Assembly (NCBI RefSeq): GCF_009914755.1
Contig: NC_060947.1
Origin: the human T2T-CHM13v2.0 reference genome, Homo sapiens
Length of the DNA: 64,000 nucleotides
Direction: 5' to 3' (one strand)
The position numbers were made by a program, and so were the translations under genes. Under the pieces are notes generated by a model. It made no database searches. It was not told the DNA's origin and was given only the letters and a program-made list of their open reading frames with translations. Below are positions 1 to 22,239 of the stretch, in pieces. The stretch's first letter is position 1; each line of letters begins with the position of its first letter.

Positions 1-2119
<2,119 letters not shown>

Positions 2120-2120
<1 letters not shown>

Positions 2121-2671
2121 TTGTTGGAGAGAGAGAGAGAGAGAGAGATAAAGAGAGAGAGAGTGAGTCCCGGCCAGAGTCTATCCCATTCCCGGGTTTC
2201 AGCACCAGAATGTAAGGTCAGCCGAGAGAAAGGAGGAATAGACCCAAATTCAGGCAAGTACGTTTATTGAACCTGCTGGCTACTCCACTACAGACAGAGA
2301 AGGCAGCTCTGAGCTTACAAAATGAGAGATTTATATGGGGAAGAGAGACCCTGGGGTTGTTTGCTGGTTAATTTTGCCACATATCACCTTGTGACGTTTA
2401 TTACAGGGGTGTAGGTAAAGTTTGTTTATGCTTCCCACGACCTCCCCTGGTGCGGTCCGGATGGTTTATAATTGGGGTTTGTTTATTGCAGCAAGGTCTG
2501 ATAAGTGATGCTGGCTTCACTGCAGCGCCTGGATAAGGGCATAGAAATGTAAAGAGGCTTGGGGGAAGGAGAAGAGTTGCAGAGTGTAGGGGAAGGGACG
2601 GGCAGCACGGAGAGGTTTGGGGGAAGTGTTGGCAGTACCAAGAAGTTTTTTGGGGCAGCTTGTCCCTAACA
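2120..2671 (-). mobile_element. HERV-F-type 5' LTR (2211-2671; LTR21-like) with tRNA-Phe PBS and a short leader remnant
   Basis: TG...CA LTR followed after 3 nt by TGGTGCTGAAACCCGGGA (2207-2190), 17/18 complementary to the tRNA-Phe 3' end. Confidence 0.7.
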
Positions 2672-3055
2672 GTAGGCATGATATTTAAGATGAGTCCTAA
2701 AGAGTAAATAGTTGTTAGCCAGGGCAGGAGTGTGGTTAGCCTCCCAGGAGAAACAGCAAATGCACAGGCTCTAAGGCAGGAAAGTCCTCAGCCCATTTAG
2801 AACTAAAGGAAAGCAGTGTCGCTGGAGCTTAGCAATGAAGGGAAAGAGTACCTGTGTCAGAGTAGTGGCCAAGAGCCAGATCTTACAGGGCCTGAAGGGT
2901 TTTATTTTTTTTTAACTACCTGAATGCAACAGAGGCATTTATTGGATATAATGAGGGGAGGTGTATGCTCTAATTATCTTGTAAAATGTTCTGGCTGGGT
3001 GCAATGCCTCACGCCCATAATCCCAGCACTTTAGGAGGCCAAGGCAGGCAGATCA

Positions 3056-3360
<305 letters not shown>

Positions 3361-5625
3361 TTATTCAGTGGCCTAAGATCTGTGATAGATACAAAACAAT
3401 TATGAAACATAATTTAAGGCATCATGGGGTGTGGGTGGGAGCAGAACATGGGATGCCTGTGCAGGTCCACTGTTGCATGTAACAACTGCTGGGGAAAAAA
3501 AATTGAAAAATTATGGGGTCCTGTCAGCCCAATAAAAGTCTGAGAAGGGGAGTATCTGTAGAGCCAGAGAAGTTATTGTGAGGAAGATGAATCTGGGTCT
3601 GATCTAGAAAGGTGGATTGGATTGGAGGGTTTTTTTTTTGTTTGTTTTCCTTTGTTGTTGTTGTTTGAGATGTTCTGGAAAGGGCTAGTGAAGTAAAGAG
3701 AGTAACCTGGCCTAAGAAGTGAACAAACAGTGCCCAGTGGAAGCCTTTGCAAACCTCAGCAAGATTCAAAGCTGAGACAACCAAAGTGTTTGTTTTTCAG
3801 GGATGTTGTGCAACAACATTCAATGCTGACTTTCTATCTACTCCTGGAAGGAGAGGGATGCCCAACATGGTCCACAGAGCAGGGCAAGATTATGGGAAGG
3901 GAGGTGCTGTGTATGTGATAAGAGTAACAACTCTAAAGAATGTATCTATTTGCAGTTCTCCTCACTTGATTCTGTTCCTCAGTGACTGGTTTTGTGGGCA
4001 TCCTGTGGGCACAGACCCACATGATTTCCCCTTAGCTCTAGTGAATGGCCTTGTCAGAGCTGGTACTCTGAAAAATGCTCCTTGTTCCGGTTTTAACCCC
4101 AGGGATCCAGGGATCCCTCAGATTTTTGTCCATTGGGGAGCTTTTATTGAGTCATATTATTTAGCCTCTCTCTCTCTCTCTCTCTGGATCCTCTATTTTT
4201 TTTTCTCTCCTCCCCTGGGTGTTGGCACTTTCTGGATTGCCTCAGTTATTTAAGCCCCGCTTCCTTTCCTTCCAAAGATTATTCAGCATGTCTTCTTTCT
4301 GTCTTTCACCTCCCACCAGGTCCTCTTGGAGTCCATAGTGTCCTCAGCCATTCCTATGTTTGAGGCTCCCAGTGTCATCTATACCTACCTAACATGAATT
4401 TCCCTCTTCCTGCCTAACAGAACTCCAAATATCTGGATGTCAATGCCATCCCACTTCACCACAAGCTTCAGAGGACAGGTCCTAGTTATTCTGAACCTGT
4501 CAATACCTGGAATTTACCTAAGGGCCATTACTGGTTGAGGGTGGCCAATCCTCTTAAAATGGCCTGATCATATTGAAGGGATGGCATTTTATTCCATAGT
4601 TAGGAAAGGTTTTCCCCTCTCTCCTGAGGGACAGAAACAAAGAAGAATGTACACTCTATCACAATAAACAGCCATCTTGTTACATTAGGGATAATTCCAG
4701 CCTTAGGATGAAGCTGACACCAGGCATAGCAGAAGCTGACCAGAAATGGAAGGAACCTGGATCCTTAACGACTTCATTTAGTTACTGAATCAATGGCCCC
4801 TGATGCCTGTCCTACCTACCTGTGCTCTTCCTGCTATGTGAGATCACAAACTTCCTTAATAGTTAAGCTAGTTCGAGGGGATTATTTTTTATATACAGCT
4901 AAAACTCCCTATGCAATATAATTGATATAACAACATTGCCTAAAAAGTTTTCCATTTCATTCTGCTCAGAACTACTCCATTATTTATAATGGCTGTATAG
5001 TTTTTCCAAGTATTATTTCATCTTAATGTACTAATCTTTCCCATTATTTCTAAGCATTAAAGTCTTATTGAGTTTTTTGGTTTTTCAAAAGTGCTAAAAT
5101 AAACATCCTATTATTGCATATATTTACATTCTTGCACACTTGGATATTTTCAAAGCCCAGATACAAATTATTTGTATGACTACTCACTTGTGATATAGTA
5201 CAGTAATAGGCATAGAATTTCTAGGTTATAGATATTCTTTTAATACTTATTTCCAAGCCACCTTCCAGAAATGTTGTACCAGTTCTCATTCTCACCAGCA
5301 CCGTATAAAATTGCCCATTTTTCTGAACCCTCATCTCTAGGTATGAATAATTAATAATGTCATGGATTCAGAAGTCAGACTGTCTATGTTCAACTCCAGC
5401 CTCACAAGTATAAAGTAATGTGGCTTTGAATATGTGGTCCAATCTCCTTATAATAGCATCTGTAAGCAATTTATATGGTTAGGGAAATTGAATGAGTAAG
5501 GCGTGTAAAGCACTTAGATCATAAGTTGTCAATAAATGTTGGCTGATGTTATTATCAAAATTATTTGCCAAGTTAATACTTCAAAATGTTACTTGCTCTC
5601 ATTTGCATTTCCTTGATTACTAGCT

Positions 5626-5986
5626 GATGTGGACTGAATGTTTGTGTTTCCCCAAAATTAGTATGTTCAAGCCCTAATCCCCAATGTAATGGTATTTGGA
5701 GGTAGGATCCTTAGAAGGTACTTAGGATTAGATTAGATCATGAGAGTGAGGCTCTCAGGAGGAGATTAGTGGCCTTATAAAAAGAAAAAGAGTCACAGGA
5801 TCTCTTTCTCTGCCTGTGAAGATACAGCAAGAAGGAAGCCATCTATAATGCAAGCTGGGAAGAAAACCCTCACTGAACTCAACAATGCTGGCACTCTGAC
5901 TCCAACCTCCAGACAGTGAGAAGTAAAATTCTGTTGTTTAAGCCACCTAGTCTATGGTATTTTGTTATAGCAGCTTGAGCTAAGAT
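5626..5986 (+). mobile_element. MaLR LTR (MLT1A/B-like)
   Basis: tgtggactgaatgtttgtgtttcccc...tttgttatagcagc pattern. Confidence 0.7.
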
Positions 5987-6363
5987 GTGGATGAAATTGA
6001 TCATTTTTTCCACGTGTCTATTAGTCAGTCATAAAATTTTTTACCTTTCCTTTTTTGTCGTTTTTGATATTTTTATGTTCCCCTTTCCTTGATTGATTTG
6101 AATCAATTTACTATATAGTTATAATATTAATCCTTTGTCTTTCCTATATGTAATATTTTTCAGTATTTCATTTGCCTGTTTTTACATTGTACTTATACAA
6201 AAGTTTATTTTTTATGTAATAAAATCAGTTATTTTATGTTTAATTTCCTTGAGTCATATGCTGAGAAATGCCTTTAACATACTTGAATTAAATAATTATC
6301 TGTACTTTCTCGTACTTTCTCCCAGTTTTGTTATTATTGTACTCAATTTGTTAATCCATTTAA

Positions 6364-6702
<339 letters not shown>

Positions 6703-6994
6703 TGAACCACCACGCCCAGCCAAGATTATGTTTAAATGTTAAGTGAAAAAGGAACATAAAATGGTATGTACAGTATGATCCAATTTTTATAGAATAAGAT
6801 TCTATGTATGAATATTTCATGTAGAAAAATCTAAACAAAAAGAAACTGAAATATTTATCAATATTTAGTAGAATTAAGATTTTTAATTTTTTCTTTGTGT
6901 TTTCCAAAATGATTGTTTATCATTTTTATCAGACATTTTAAAGTAAGTTTTTTTAATTTTAAAAACATGGTATAGCTTTTAAATGATTTGGAAT

Positions 6995-7300
6995 GGTGCT
7001 ATTTAATAGAAATATATTATGAGCTACAAATCTAATTTTAAGTTTTGTAGTAAACATAATTTAAAAGTAAAAAGAAACAGATAAAATTAATTTTAATAAT
7101 ATATTTAACACAGTATATCCAAAATGCTATCACTTCAACACATAATCAATATAAAATTACTGATATTTCACTTTATTGTACTATGTCTTTAAAATCCTGT
7201 GTGTACTTTATACTTTTAGCACATCTCCAATTGCATTAGTCACTTTTTAAGTTCTCAATAGCCAAATATGGCTCATGGTTACCTTATTGTAAATTGCAGA
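6995..7300. mobile_element. MER3/MER33-like hAT fossil
   Basis: gtgctatttaatagaaat...tagccaaatatggct motifs. Confidence 0.5.
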
Positions 7301-9348
7301 TTTGGAGCATAAAAAGTATTGAATTCCGCATTGGTCTGAATCTCAATCATTTGCTGAACGATTGCTTCATATCACTTTTGAAATGTATTTGATATGAATT
7401 AAAGAATACAAATTGAAGTGCCTCTAGGGGCCAGGAAGGTAACTAGGTAATGTAAACAAGCTTTACTTTCTTTAAAGCTGAGTAAGGAAAGTAAAACGGA
7501 AACACCTGCCTTTCTAAAGGATTGAAACCACCACTAGGCTACCTCCAGTCAACTGATGCAATGTGGGAATGCAACCCCAGGGTTTACAAAACTCCTGGTT
7601 TTTCATGAAAATCTAAAATCTCGATTTTTCCTGTGGAATTTATCAATTTTTAAATATCAGCAGTGATTCAAAAATCATATATCACTGTGTGATACAAACT
7701 ATGTGCTTGTCAGATTTGATCCTCTTTAGGCCAAATTTTGACATCTGGGATCAATAAATACTTTTTAAAACCCACTAATGTTATTAACTTTTAAAGATTA
7801 GACTACCCATTTTTAGTGAATCAAAAGCATTTTTTCATTTTACTGCTTTATAACATTAACAGCTAGCATTTACTGAGAACTTAGTATATGAAGGGCATCT
7901 TGCTAAACACTTTCTACATTTCACAGGTAAGAGAAATAAAGGTAAGGGAGGTTGACCAACTTTGTTTAAGGTCACACACGGTACTTGTAAGTGGTGGTGC
8001 CAATATTTGAAGTAAGGTCTCCTGACTCCAAAGTCCATGCTTCTACAAACACTCCTTTAAACTGCCTAGGAGTATTCATGTCTAGGTAATCAACCAATCT
8101 ATCCCTTCCCACCATTACACCTCCCCCACTTTTCACAAACACACACACACGCACACTCTCACACACTTTTCTTGGCCCTTTTGCTCATAAGAGTACTGTA
8201 TACAGCTGACTTCTGTCTGCCTTGATCTCTTTTTCTTTCATCTTCCCCTCATTTATGCTCATCCTACATCTCCTTTACAACATGTATTTCCTTTTCCCAC
8301 TTTCATCTTTCATTTTCTTTGCATGGGAATGTTCCTCTTTTAATCAAATTGATGAGGGAGGCCTTTAAGCAAGTGGTGTGCTCTTGACAGCAAATTGTGC
8401 ACATCCCTTCTCAACTCTGCGTTAAGTGACATCATGTTGGTAGCTGGAAATCAACTGTAGCAGGAGCATTTACATAGTGGAAATAGGCTAACACTACAAA
8501 TAGTTTAATGGAAACTCAGTTGTTAAACATTTATCAATACACAACTGCCTTTGTCCTTGTTAGGACCTCCAATAGAAAGCTTATCTTTATATCTGCCCAT
8601 CTACATTTCCTTTGGTTCTGTAAATACTGTCTTTTGGAATTCAAACTCTCACTACCTCCTTCAACGATTATATTGATTCATAGCTTGTGTGGTAAATTTT
8701 ATTCCTTTAACATTCATAAGAATTTTATTTTCTAGTTCTGTTGGAACAGTTTACTATAAATTCCCCATGGAATGAAACTACTTTTTATTCTTTAAAAAAA
8801 ATCCATTTTAGTACCTCAAGTATCCATTAGTTAATAGCTAATGGATCTGTGCTGAATGCATTTTCTTCACTGGGCTAGTCGAATATTACCGGCAGAACCC
8901 CCTTCAGCTCATTCTGCATTGTTTTGTGCCCTGTTTTTGCATCTCTCCTTCTCTCTTAAGCTGCCTCTTACCCTGCACTTATGCCATCTATTTCATAGTT
9001 CCTTTCCTTAAAATCTTCTAAAATTTGTCCTTGGTCTTCTAGTTTTGTTTCAGCCCCATGCTGTTTAAAGGATCTCCAAGTCTCTGCTCATGAGAGCATA
9101 CTATTATTATTATTTTTCTTCCTGAAGCACTTCCATTGCCCCACCTCCATGGGACTACTTCCAGATGACGTTGACTAGATGAACCCAATCTTTTCAGTAT
9201 CGTATTCACAGATATTTTCCTGCTTTATCCACAGAGATGGAAAATCATGTCTGTTGTCTATCAGATTTACTCATTTATAATGCTCACAGGACATCTTTAT
9301 TTCCAAAATGTGAGGCCCTGAAGACTCACAAGTTATATCCTCCATGTA

Positions 9349-9691
9349 CAGTCAGTTGTCCCTCAATGTCCATGGGGAACTGGTGTCAGGAACCCCCAGG
9401 AATATAAAAATCTGCAGATGCTCAGTTTCTTAAAATAAAATGACATAGAATTTGCCCATAACCTATACACATCCTCCTGTAAACTTTACACAACGTCTAG
9501 ATTACATTTAATACCTTATACAATGCCTACATATAACTTTGTTAAATGCAGATTCCATGTAGTACTTGGCATATTGCAAATTCAAATTTTTCTTGTTGAA
9601 ACTTTATAGAATTTGTTTTTCCAAATATTTTTGATCCACGATTGGGTGAATCCATGGATGCGGAACCCACAAATATGAAGGGCCTACTGTA
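9349..9691. mobile_element. MER2-family Tigger MITE
   Basis: TA-flanked cagtcagttgtccctc...gaagggcctactg termini. Confidence 0.6.
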
Positions 9692-9725
9692 TTTATATTA
9701 GTCCCCTAAATTTTGTGTGTCTTGA

Positions 9726-10225
<500 letters not shown>

Positions 10226-10594
10226 TGAGCCACCATGCAGGTATTTTTTTTCCTTCTAGAGTTAAACAAGTTACTTTGACAAATCTGAGTACATGTAACT
10301 ATTTGACAAGACTTCTGAAAAATGCAGATATCAGAGTATCAAATGATTGTTTGGGGTTACTCAGTTGTGTGTCACAACCCTTCCTTATCCTCAGACTGTC
10401 TTAAATTTTCATTGCATAAACAGACCAGCTTTTCTGTTATCATTTGCTAGACTTTCAGAGTCTGTGACCCCAGACCTATGTTGGATCTGAGGCGTTTTTT
10501 CAAACACGCATTCTTTTGTCAGCTTCTCCGTAGAAGGCTTTACATTAGGTGTTTCCTGTTATTTGTAATTTGATGAGGCCAATAGTGTTCCTCA

Positions 10595-10989
<395 letters not shown>

Positions 10990-11092
10990 ACTACTGAGAA
11001 TTTGAAGAGTGGACATTAAGAAATTTTTGCCCATTTTTATGTTTGATAATGGTGCTGTGGTTGTTTTTAAAACACCATTATCCTTTAGAGAC

Positions 11093-11640
11093 TGTATTAA
11101 TTATCTATTGTTGTGTAACAAATCACCCCAAAATTTAGCAGCTTACAAGAACGTTCATTTATTATCCCAGAGATTCTGTGAGTCAAAAGTCTGGGTGTGG
11201 CTTATCTGGATCCTCCACCTCAGGGTCTTTTAGAAGGCTGCAATCAAGATGTTAGCCTGGGCCACAGTTTTATCTGAAGACTAAGCTGGGCAAGAATCTG
11301 CTTCCAAACTCACCTTTGTTGTTTTGGCAGGATTCAATTCCTCGAGGGCTATTAGACTGAGGGCCTGAGTTCCTCACTGGCTGTTGGCTGGCGAACACTC
11401 TCAATTCCTTGCTATATGTGCCTCTCCAACATGGCAGCTTGTTTCATCAAAGCCAGCAAAAGTGGGAGGAAGGAGGAAGGAAGAGACAGAATGAATCTGC
11501 TAGCAAGATGACAATCACAATCTTCTGTAACATAATCACAGAAGTGACATCCCGTCACTTTTGCTGTATTCTATTGATTAAGACAGTTATTTTACCTGCA
11601 CTCCATAGGAGGGATAATTACACCAAGGCATGAATACTCT
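11093..11640 (-). mobile_element. MaLR MLT1-family LTR
   Basis: tgtattaattatctattgttgtgtaacaaatcacccc start typical of MLT1 reverse strand. Confidence 0.6.
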
Positions 11641-12889
11641 ATCCAAGGCTAACATGAAATTTACATATCTCAGTTCTGTCAATGGGAATTTTTATGTGTT
11701 TCAATTGCATTTGTAAGCTAACTGAATAGTTCTTTGGATCTGGATCTGTTGTTAGCTTGTATTTCTTCTTAACGTAATCCATGTTAAGAAAAATGCAGTT
11801 GAGTACAGAAGAAATCACCTAATATTCCACAAAAGATAATAAAATTCAAATTGTTATGTAATAAATCTAATGCTTTTTTCATGATCTCATCCTTTACATT
11901 TTAATGGTTCCCTGAACTGAATTCAGATATTCACCTTTATATTCTGCAAGTTATTATGGCTTTTAAGAACTGATATCAGCTGGGCACGGTGGCTCACGCC
12001 TGTAATCCCAGCACTTTGGGAGGCCGAGGTGGGCAGATCACAAGGTCAGGAGATCCAGACCATCCTGGCTAACACGGTGAAACACCATCTCTACTAAAAA
12101 ATACAAAAAATTAGCCGGGCGTGGTGGCGGGTGCCTGTAGTCCCAGCTACTCAGGAGGCTGAGGCAGGAGAATGGCGTGAACCCGGAAGGCAGAGGTGCA
12201 ACAGAGCGAGACTCCGTCTCAGAAAAAAAAAAAAAATTGACATCATAGTAAATATTTACATACCAGTAGCCATTTAGACATTAATGTGCATCAGAATCAC
12301 CAGGAAAGCTTGCTAAAAACAAAAGTTCTGAAGCCCCATTCAGGGGATCTATGTTGGGACCCAAGAACTTTGTATGAATCCACATTTTCAAGAAATCCCC
12401 TGGTGATTCTCACACAGGTGGCAGATTAGCATAGTTTTAGAAACACTGTGACATTACTAAATGAACCCAGTGTTCCTTTAGGAATGGCAAGTAATCTAAG
12501 TTACACATCCAAAGTTATTTACTTGTTTAGAAACTGAACCGAGACAAAAACTCAGAGCTCCTGACTCAGTCATTATTAATTTTACTTCGGTTAAGTGCCT
12601 GCCTCGTCATGAAGAAACCACAGCATGACCAACAGACATTTTATTCCTGAGAATAGGAACTATGCTGGACTAGTGAGACCTACCTTTGAGCACTCTGCTA
12701 AACATCTGAAGGGAAAATCTGAGGATGAGAGTCTTGCATAATAGGTGTGGATGGGAGAAAAAACAGGTAAACACAGGTCTCACACAAATGACCTCATTCC
12801 AGTCATGTGAAGGAAATGCCACCCCCAACTTATACAAATTCCTGAGTTTATTTACCTGGCTAAGAGATCCAAATTTGATTAGCAAGTAT

Positions 12890-13365
12890 TTTTTTTTTCT
12901 TTTTTTAAGAAAACTTTTAGGTTCCAGGGTACATGTGAAGGTTTGTTACATAGGTGAACTTGTGTCATGGGCTGGGGGCAGGTGGGGGGGTGGTTGTTGC
13001 ACAGATTATTTCATTACCCAGGTATTAAGCCCAGCACCCAATAGTTATCTTTTAGGTTCCTCTTCCCCCTCCCACTCTCCACCCCTACAGATCCCAGTGT
13101 GTGTTGTTCCCTTTTTTGTGTTCATGAGTTTTCATTTAGCTCCCACTTATAAATGAGAATATGCAGTATTTGGTTTTCTGTTCCTGCATTAGTTTGCTAA
13201 GGATAATAGCCTCCAGCTCTATCCATATTCCCACAAAAGACATGATTTCTTTATTTTTATGGCTGCATAATATTCCATGATGTATATGTATATTTACTTT
13301 ATCCAGTCTCTCACTGATGGACATTTATGTTGATTCCATGTCTTTGCTTTTGTGAGTAGTGCTGA
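12890..13365 (-). mobile_element. L1PB/L1PA-type 3' end fragment
   Basis: ORF2 C-terminal remnant (EIMSFVGIWIELEAIILSKL), 3'UTR and polyT; flanked by the repeat agcaagtattt. Confidence 0.8.
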
Positions 13366-13597
13366 TCAGCAAGTATTTATTAAGTGACTCTACTGCCTTC
13401 AAAGGTTATTTAAAAATGTTTCCAATTTTTCTTAAATTACAGAAAATATAAAAAATACATTAACCCATCTCATAGAATGAGTCCCTATATTAATCCTTTG
13501 GTATATTTAATTTCAGTACTTTTCTTTTCATGTATTAAGTACAATCAATATAAATTTTTAACAAAAAAAGAATATAGAGATTGCTTTTTAAAGGTGC

Positions 13598-13603
13598 TTT
13601 ATT
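13598..13603 (-). terminator. BEX1: BEX1 polyadenylation signal AATAAA
   Basis: tttatt on + strand ~225 nt past the stop, followed on - strand by a T-rich downstream element. Confidence 0.75.
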
Positions 13604-13826
13604 AACTTCACTATAATGAGCATCTTTCCATGCAATAGGTAAAATTCTTCTGCTAACAAAAATCTTACAGACTGGTTCAAAAACACAATATTCAATTAGA
13701 AGCTGGTAATAGGAGACCCACGTAAACAAGTGACAGGTAAAGGTTTACAACAAGGGCACATCATGAACATGTAAATTCGAAAGCAGGGGTCTGTTTCCGT
13801 AATAACTTTAGGGAAACCATCAGGAT

Positions 13827-14204
13827 TCAGGGCATAAGGCAAAACTCATCATGATGGTCATGGTGAGGGGGGTCAGTGCTGACTGCCCGCAGACTATGAC
13901 TCAACTGCTTTTCCCTCAGCTTTTCCATCAGCTGTCTCACCTCCTCCCCAATCCTTTCCATATTCTCTTCTCTCATCCTTGCCTGTGGTTCTCCAAGCCT
14001 ATGCATCATATCCCATCTATACTGCAGGATGGGCTGCCTAACGCGGAACCGCCTACGATTTCCTCTAGGCACACAGTATTCACCAGCATCCAAAGGGAGG
14101 GCCAAGGGCTCCCCTTTATTAGCAACTTGCTCCTTTTCTTCATTTTCTTGGTTGGCATTTTCCATGCTGAGACTGTTTACTGCTCGTTTCTCTTTGGACT
14201 CCAT
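13827..14204 (-). CDS. BEX1: Brain-expressed X-linked protein 1 (125 aa); whole CDS in exon 3
   Basis: Translation [57 protein letters not shown]...[12 protein letters not shown] matches BEX1; BEX2 has a different N-terminus and is 128 aa. ATG at 14204, 5 nt after acceptor ttgtctcctag|GAGTA (exon edge 14209). Confidence 0.97.
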
Positions 14205-14568
14205 TACTCCTAGGAGACAAAAGGAGAGAGAAGGGGCTGAACAGCTGGTGAACGCTTCAGTACCGAGGACAGAGGCACGGCTACTCATTTTTCAGGATTC
14301 CGCGTCATGGCTATCAACATGTTTTGTTTTGTTTAATTTCACGTTTCCCACCAGAGAGGTTTCGTGCGCCCACTAGGGGGCCCCCATTCGAGCCCCCCCC
14401 CCCCACCTCTCGTGTCTTCCCCTACCTGCCCCCAAACCCACCATTTTCCCTACAGATCCATCCCTAGATCTCGGCAGGCACCAAAATGGAGGACGGGAGA
14501 TGGGGGAGTTGGGAGGGGACCTCAGACTGGACTCTGCACCCGCCCCCACCACCGTCCCTCGCACTGAC

Positions 14569-14647
14569 CTGGGCCTATCCTTGTAGTCTCCTCCTTCTCC
14601 CGATTCTCGCCACGAGGTGCGCCGCCGGGACACTTGGCCCCGCAGAC
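14569..14647 (-). other. BEX1: BEX1 non-coding exon 2
   Basis: Acceptor cccttctgcag|GTCTGC at 14647 and donor CCCAG|gtcagt at 14569. Confidence 0.8.
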
Positions 14648-15022
14648 CTGCAGAAGGGCTGGGGTGTGGGGAGGGGGGGCTGCTGCAGCGGAACGCTAGC
14701 TCCTTCTCCGCCTAGGGCCCTCCTCACTGCCAGCGCCCCGCGTCTCCCGCCCCCCGCTCCCACCCTCGGCCGCCTCGCCCCCCGTGGTGTTCACCGTTTT
14801 CCTGCAAGGACTCGGGAATGGTTTTCCATCGCTCTTGGTTGCTCTGCTGCCCCTGGAGCCCCAGCCGCCACTGCTTCCCCACCCCAGGGGACCACTATGT
14901 TCCCAAGAATGTTGGGGTGTGGAGAAAGCTGGCGGGGATCCCCTGCGCTGTTCTGCGCTCGTCGGGGGGGTCGGTGAGCCTCTGCTGGCCTAGCCAGGGC
15001 GCGCGGGCCCCGGGGCCCTTAC

Positions 15023-15150
15023 CTGGTCCGCTTTCCCCCGGGCCGGATGCCAGCGCGCCGAGCGCAGGGCAGCGGGGAGCTGGTAGCGAGACACGAGTGA
15101 CGACTGCACCGAAGGCTGCGTAGCTCTGCAGCTCCCGGTCACGTGAGGGC
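15023..15150 (-). other. BEX1: BEX1 non-coding exon 1 (5' end approximate)
   Basis: Strong donor ACCAG|gtaagg at 15023 inside the CpG island; TSS cannot be fixed from sequence. Confidence 0.7.
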
Positions 15151-16640
15151 CGTGCGTCACCGCCAAGCTCACCCTCCTTCTCACCAACCCCCACGGGCCG
15201 GCGGCCAGTTAACTGGTACTCCCCCCCTTGGAACACACAGACACCCCCCTCCTCCCGTCTGTGCGCGGTGCCCCAGTGCGCACAGCCCCGTCACTCATCT
15301 CCGTCCTCTCCAATCTGAGGGCCCACAAGTGGCATCATCGCTTTGCGGTTGGAGTTTACCCATCTTCGGTTATTTGGGAGGGTCTGTACCCTTCCTTTCC
15401 CCCACCCCAAACCCCCTTCCTCTGGCCTTGGCCTTTTCTTCTTTCCTCTTCTCACTGGCTGTGTATATGCTTCCTAATAATTTCTCTTTATTTCCTTTTT
15501 AAAAATCAGCATCCCTCAAAAAATTGAAAATAATCAAATTTTATTTTTGAAAGAAACACTTCAACCTGGGAAAGTAATATATATATATAGTTTATGTTCA
15601 TCTATAGCACACAGAAAACATTTTCTCTAGGCTCCACACCATCATTTTTAGAGCATTCTCACTTGTTTGAAAATTTTATGAAAAAAAGGAGAGAAAATTT
15701 TCCTGAACACAGTTGGTGTTTTCAAAATAATCTGTGAAGTAAATCTTCAGGAAACAGTTCTGTTGTCAGATCTTGGCCATTTTATGTAAATAATCTACGT
15801 TTTTATCCTTCTGGGACAAATTTCAAGTTTTATTAATAAACATTTCTATTTTATTCTATTATAATAAACATTCATTAAATATGAAAAAACATTTGCTGAC
15901 AACTAATGCCACCTGCTAAAATTAGTGGCTATCACTGTTGATGGTTTGAAGACTTAAGCAAAAGGAAGAGCTGTGAGGCCAAGGCAGGTTGAGTGACGCA
16001 GAGATAGAGTATCCCTGCCCTGACAAGAGGTTGGGAAGGTGCTGGTCTTCCACTGTTATATTCGAGAGCTTCTTAATTCCTATGTTCAGACTCCTAATTC
16101 TGTTGCTTACTCCAAAAATATAGATGGACAGGTGACCAAGGTGGTGACCTTAATATATCACTTTGGCTCCTTCCTTCTATTTCTTCCCCAAATTCCCACC
16201 TAATGACTCACTTCTCAGCATAGTTGGGAGGTCTCTTCCCATTCTGGAAACCAGAATAGGGCTTTTCTACAGCTCTGTGGTGAGAGATTCCAAGAAAAGC
16301 CTAGAAGTAATTGAGGAGGTGGGAGGAGTGGGGAGCAGTTCTCAAACCTGCCTGCTCTCTTCTCTTTTTCACCCACCCCGGGGAAAAGTCTCTTTGGGAC
16401 ATTTTTGCTATCTCTCACCTGGCTTTTGTAGTGCAGCATACCGAGACCCTCACCCTGACTGTCTCACCTCCAGGTCACCCAGAAGAGCTTAGTCTTGCTG
16501 CAGGGTCACTATCTGCCAGTCCATACCCACTCTGATACCTCTTCATTTATGCTAGGGCCTGGGGAACACTCTCCACTGACCATTCTTACTACACTTGGCT
16601 TTCTCAACTCAGAAGCCTGTGGAAGCCCTTAATACTACTA

Positions 16641-16772
16641 TTTCTTCTTTTTCTTCTTCTTCTTTCTTCCTTCTTCCTTCTTCTCTCTTCTCTCTTCTTC
16701 TTCTTCTTCTTCTTTTTCTTCTTTTCTTCCTCTGTCTCTCTCCCTCTCTCTCTCGGTCTCTCTCTCTCTCAT
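16641..16772. repeat. Polypyrimidine (CTT)n/(CT)n low-complexity tract
   Basis: Read directly. Confidence 0.85.
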
Positions 16773-16901
16773 CACTTCTTCTCACCTTAGACATGTTTAT
16801 TTTCCTTTGTTTTCTACCTTAGTACTCACCCCTTGACCAACCCAGAAATGTGGCTATTATCCTTGAATCACTCTACATTGTCCCTCATATTCAAATAATA
16901 A

Positions 16902-17207
<306 letters not shown>

Positions 17208-17282
17208 TGACTTTAGGTGATCCGCCAACCTCGGCCTCTTGAGTGCTGGGATTACAGGCGTGAGCTACCGCACCTGGCCTCA

Positions 17283-18938
<1,656 letters not shown>

Positions 18939-18945
18939 CTAGCTA

Positions 18946-19053
<108 letters not shown>

Positions 19054-19080
19054 TCAAAAAAATAAATAAATAAAATAAAA

Positions 19081-22232
<3,152 letters not shown>

Positions 22233-22239
22233 CGAAATA

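Larger units (their letters stand above)
14280..15370. promoter_or_regulatory. CpG island / BEX1 promoter with extended E-box GGTCACGTGA (15137-15146) and CRE-like TGCGTCAC (15153-15160)
   Basis: High GC and CpG density spanning exons 1-2; motifs read directly. Confidence 0.8.

Noticed and set aside
14205-14288. 28-aa N-terminal extension of BEX1 in the ORF track (153 aa)
   Set aside because: It lies in intron 2, upstream of the acceptor at 14209/14210; the known protein begins MESKEK.
14364-15527. Numerous Pro/Gly/Ala-rich ORFs on both strands
   Set aside because: Artefacts of the BEX1 CpG island.
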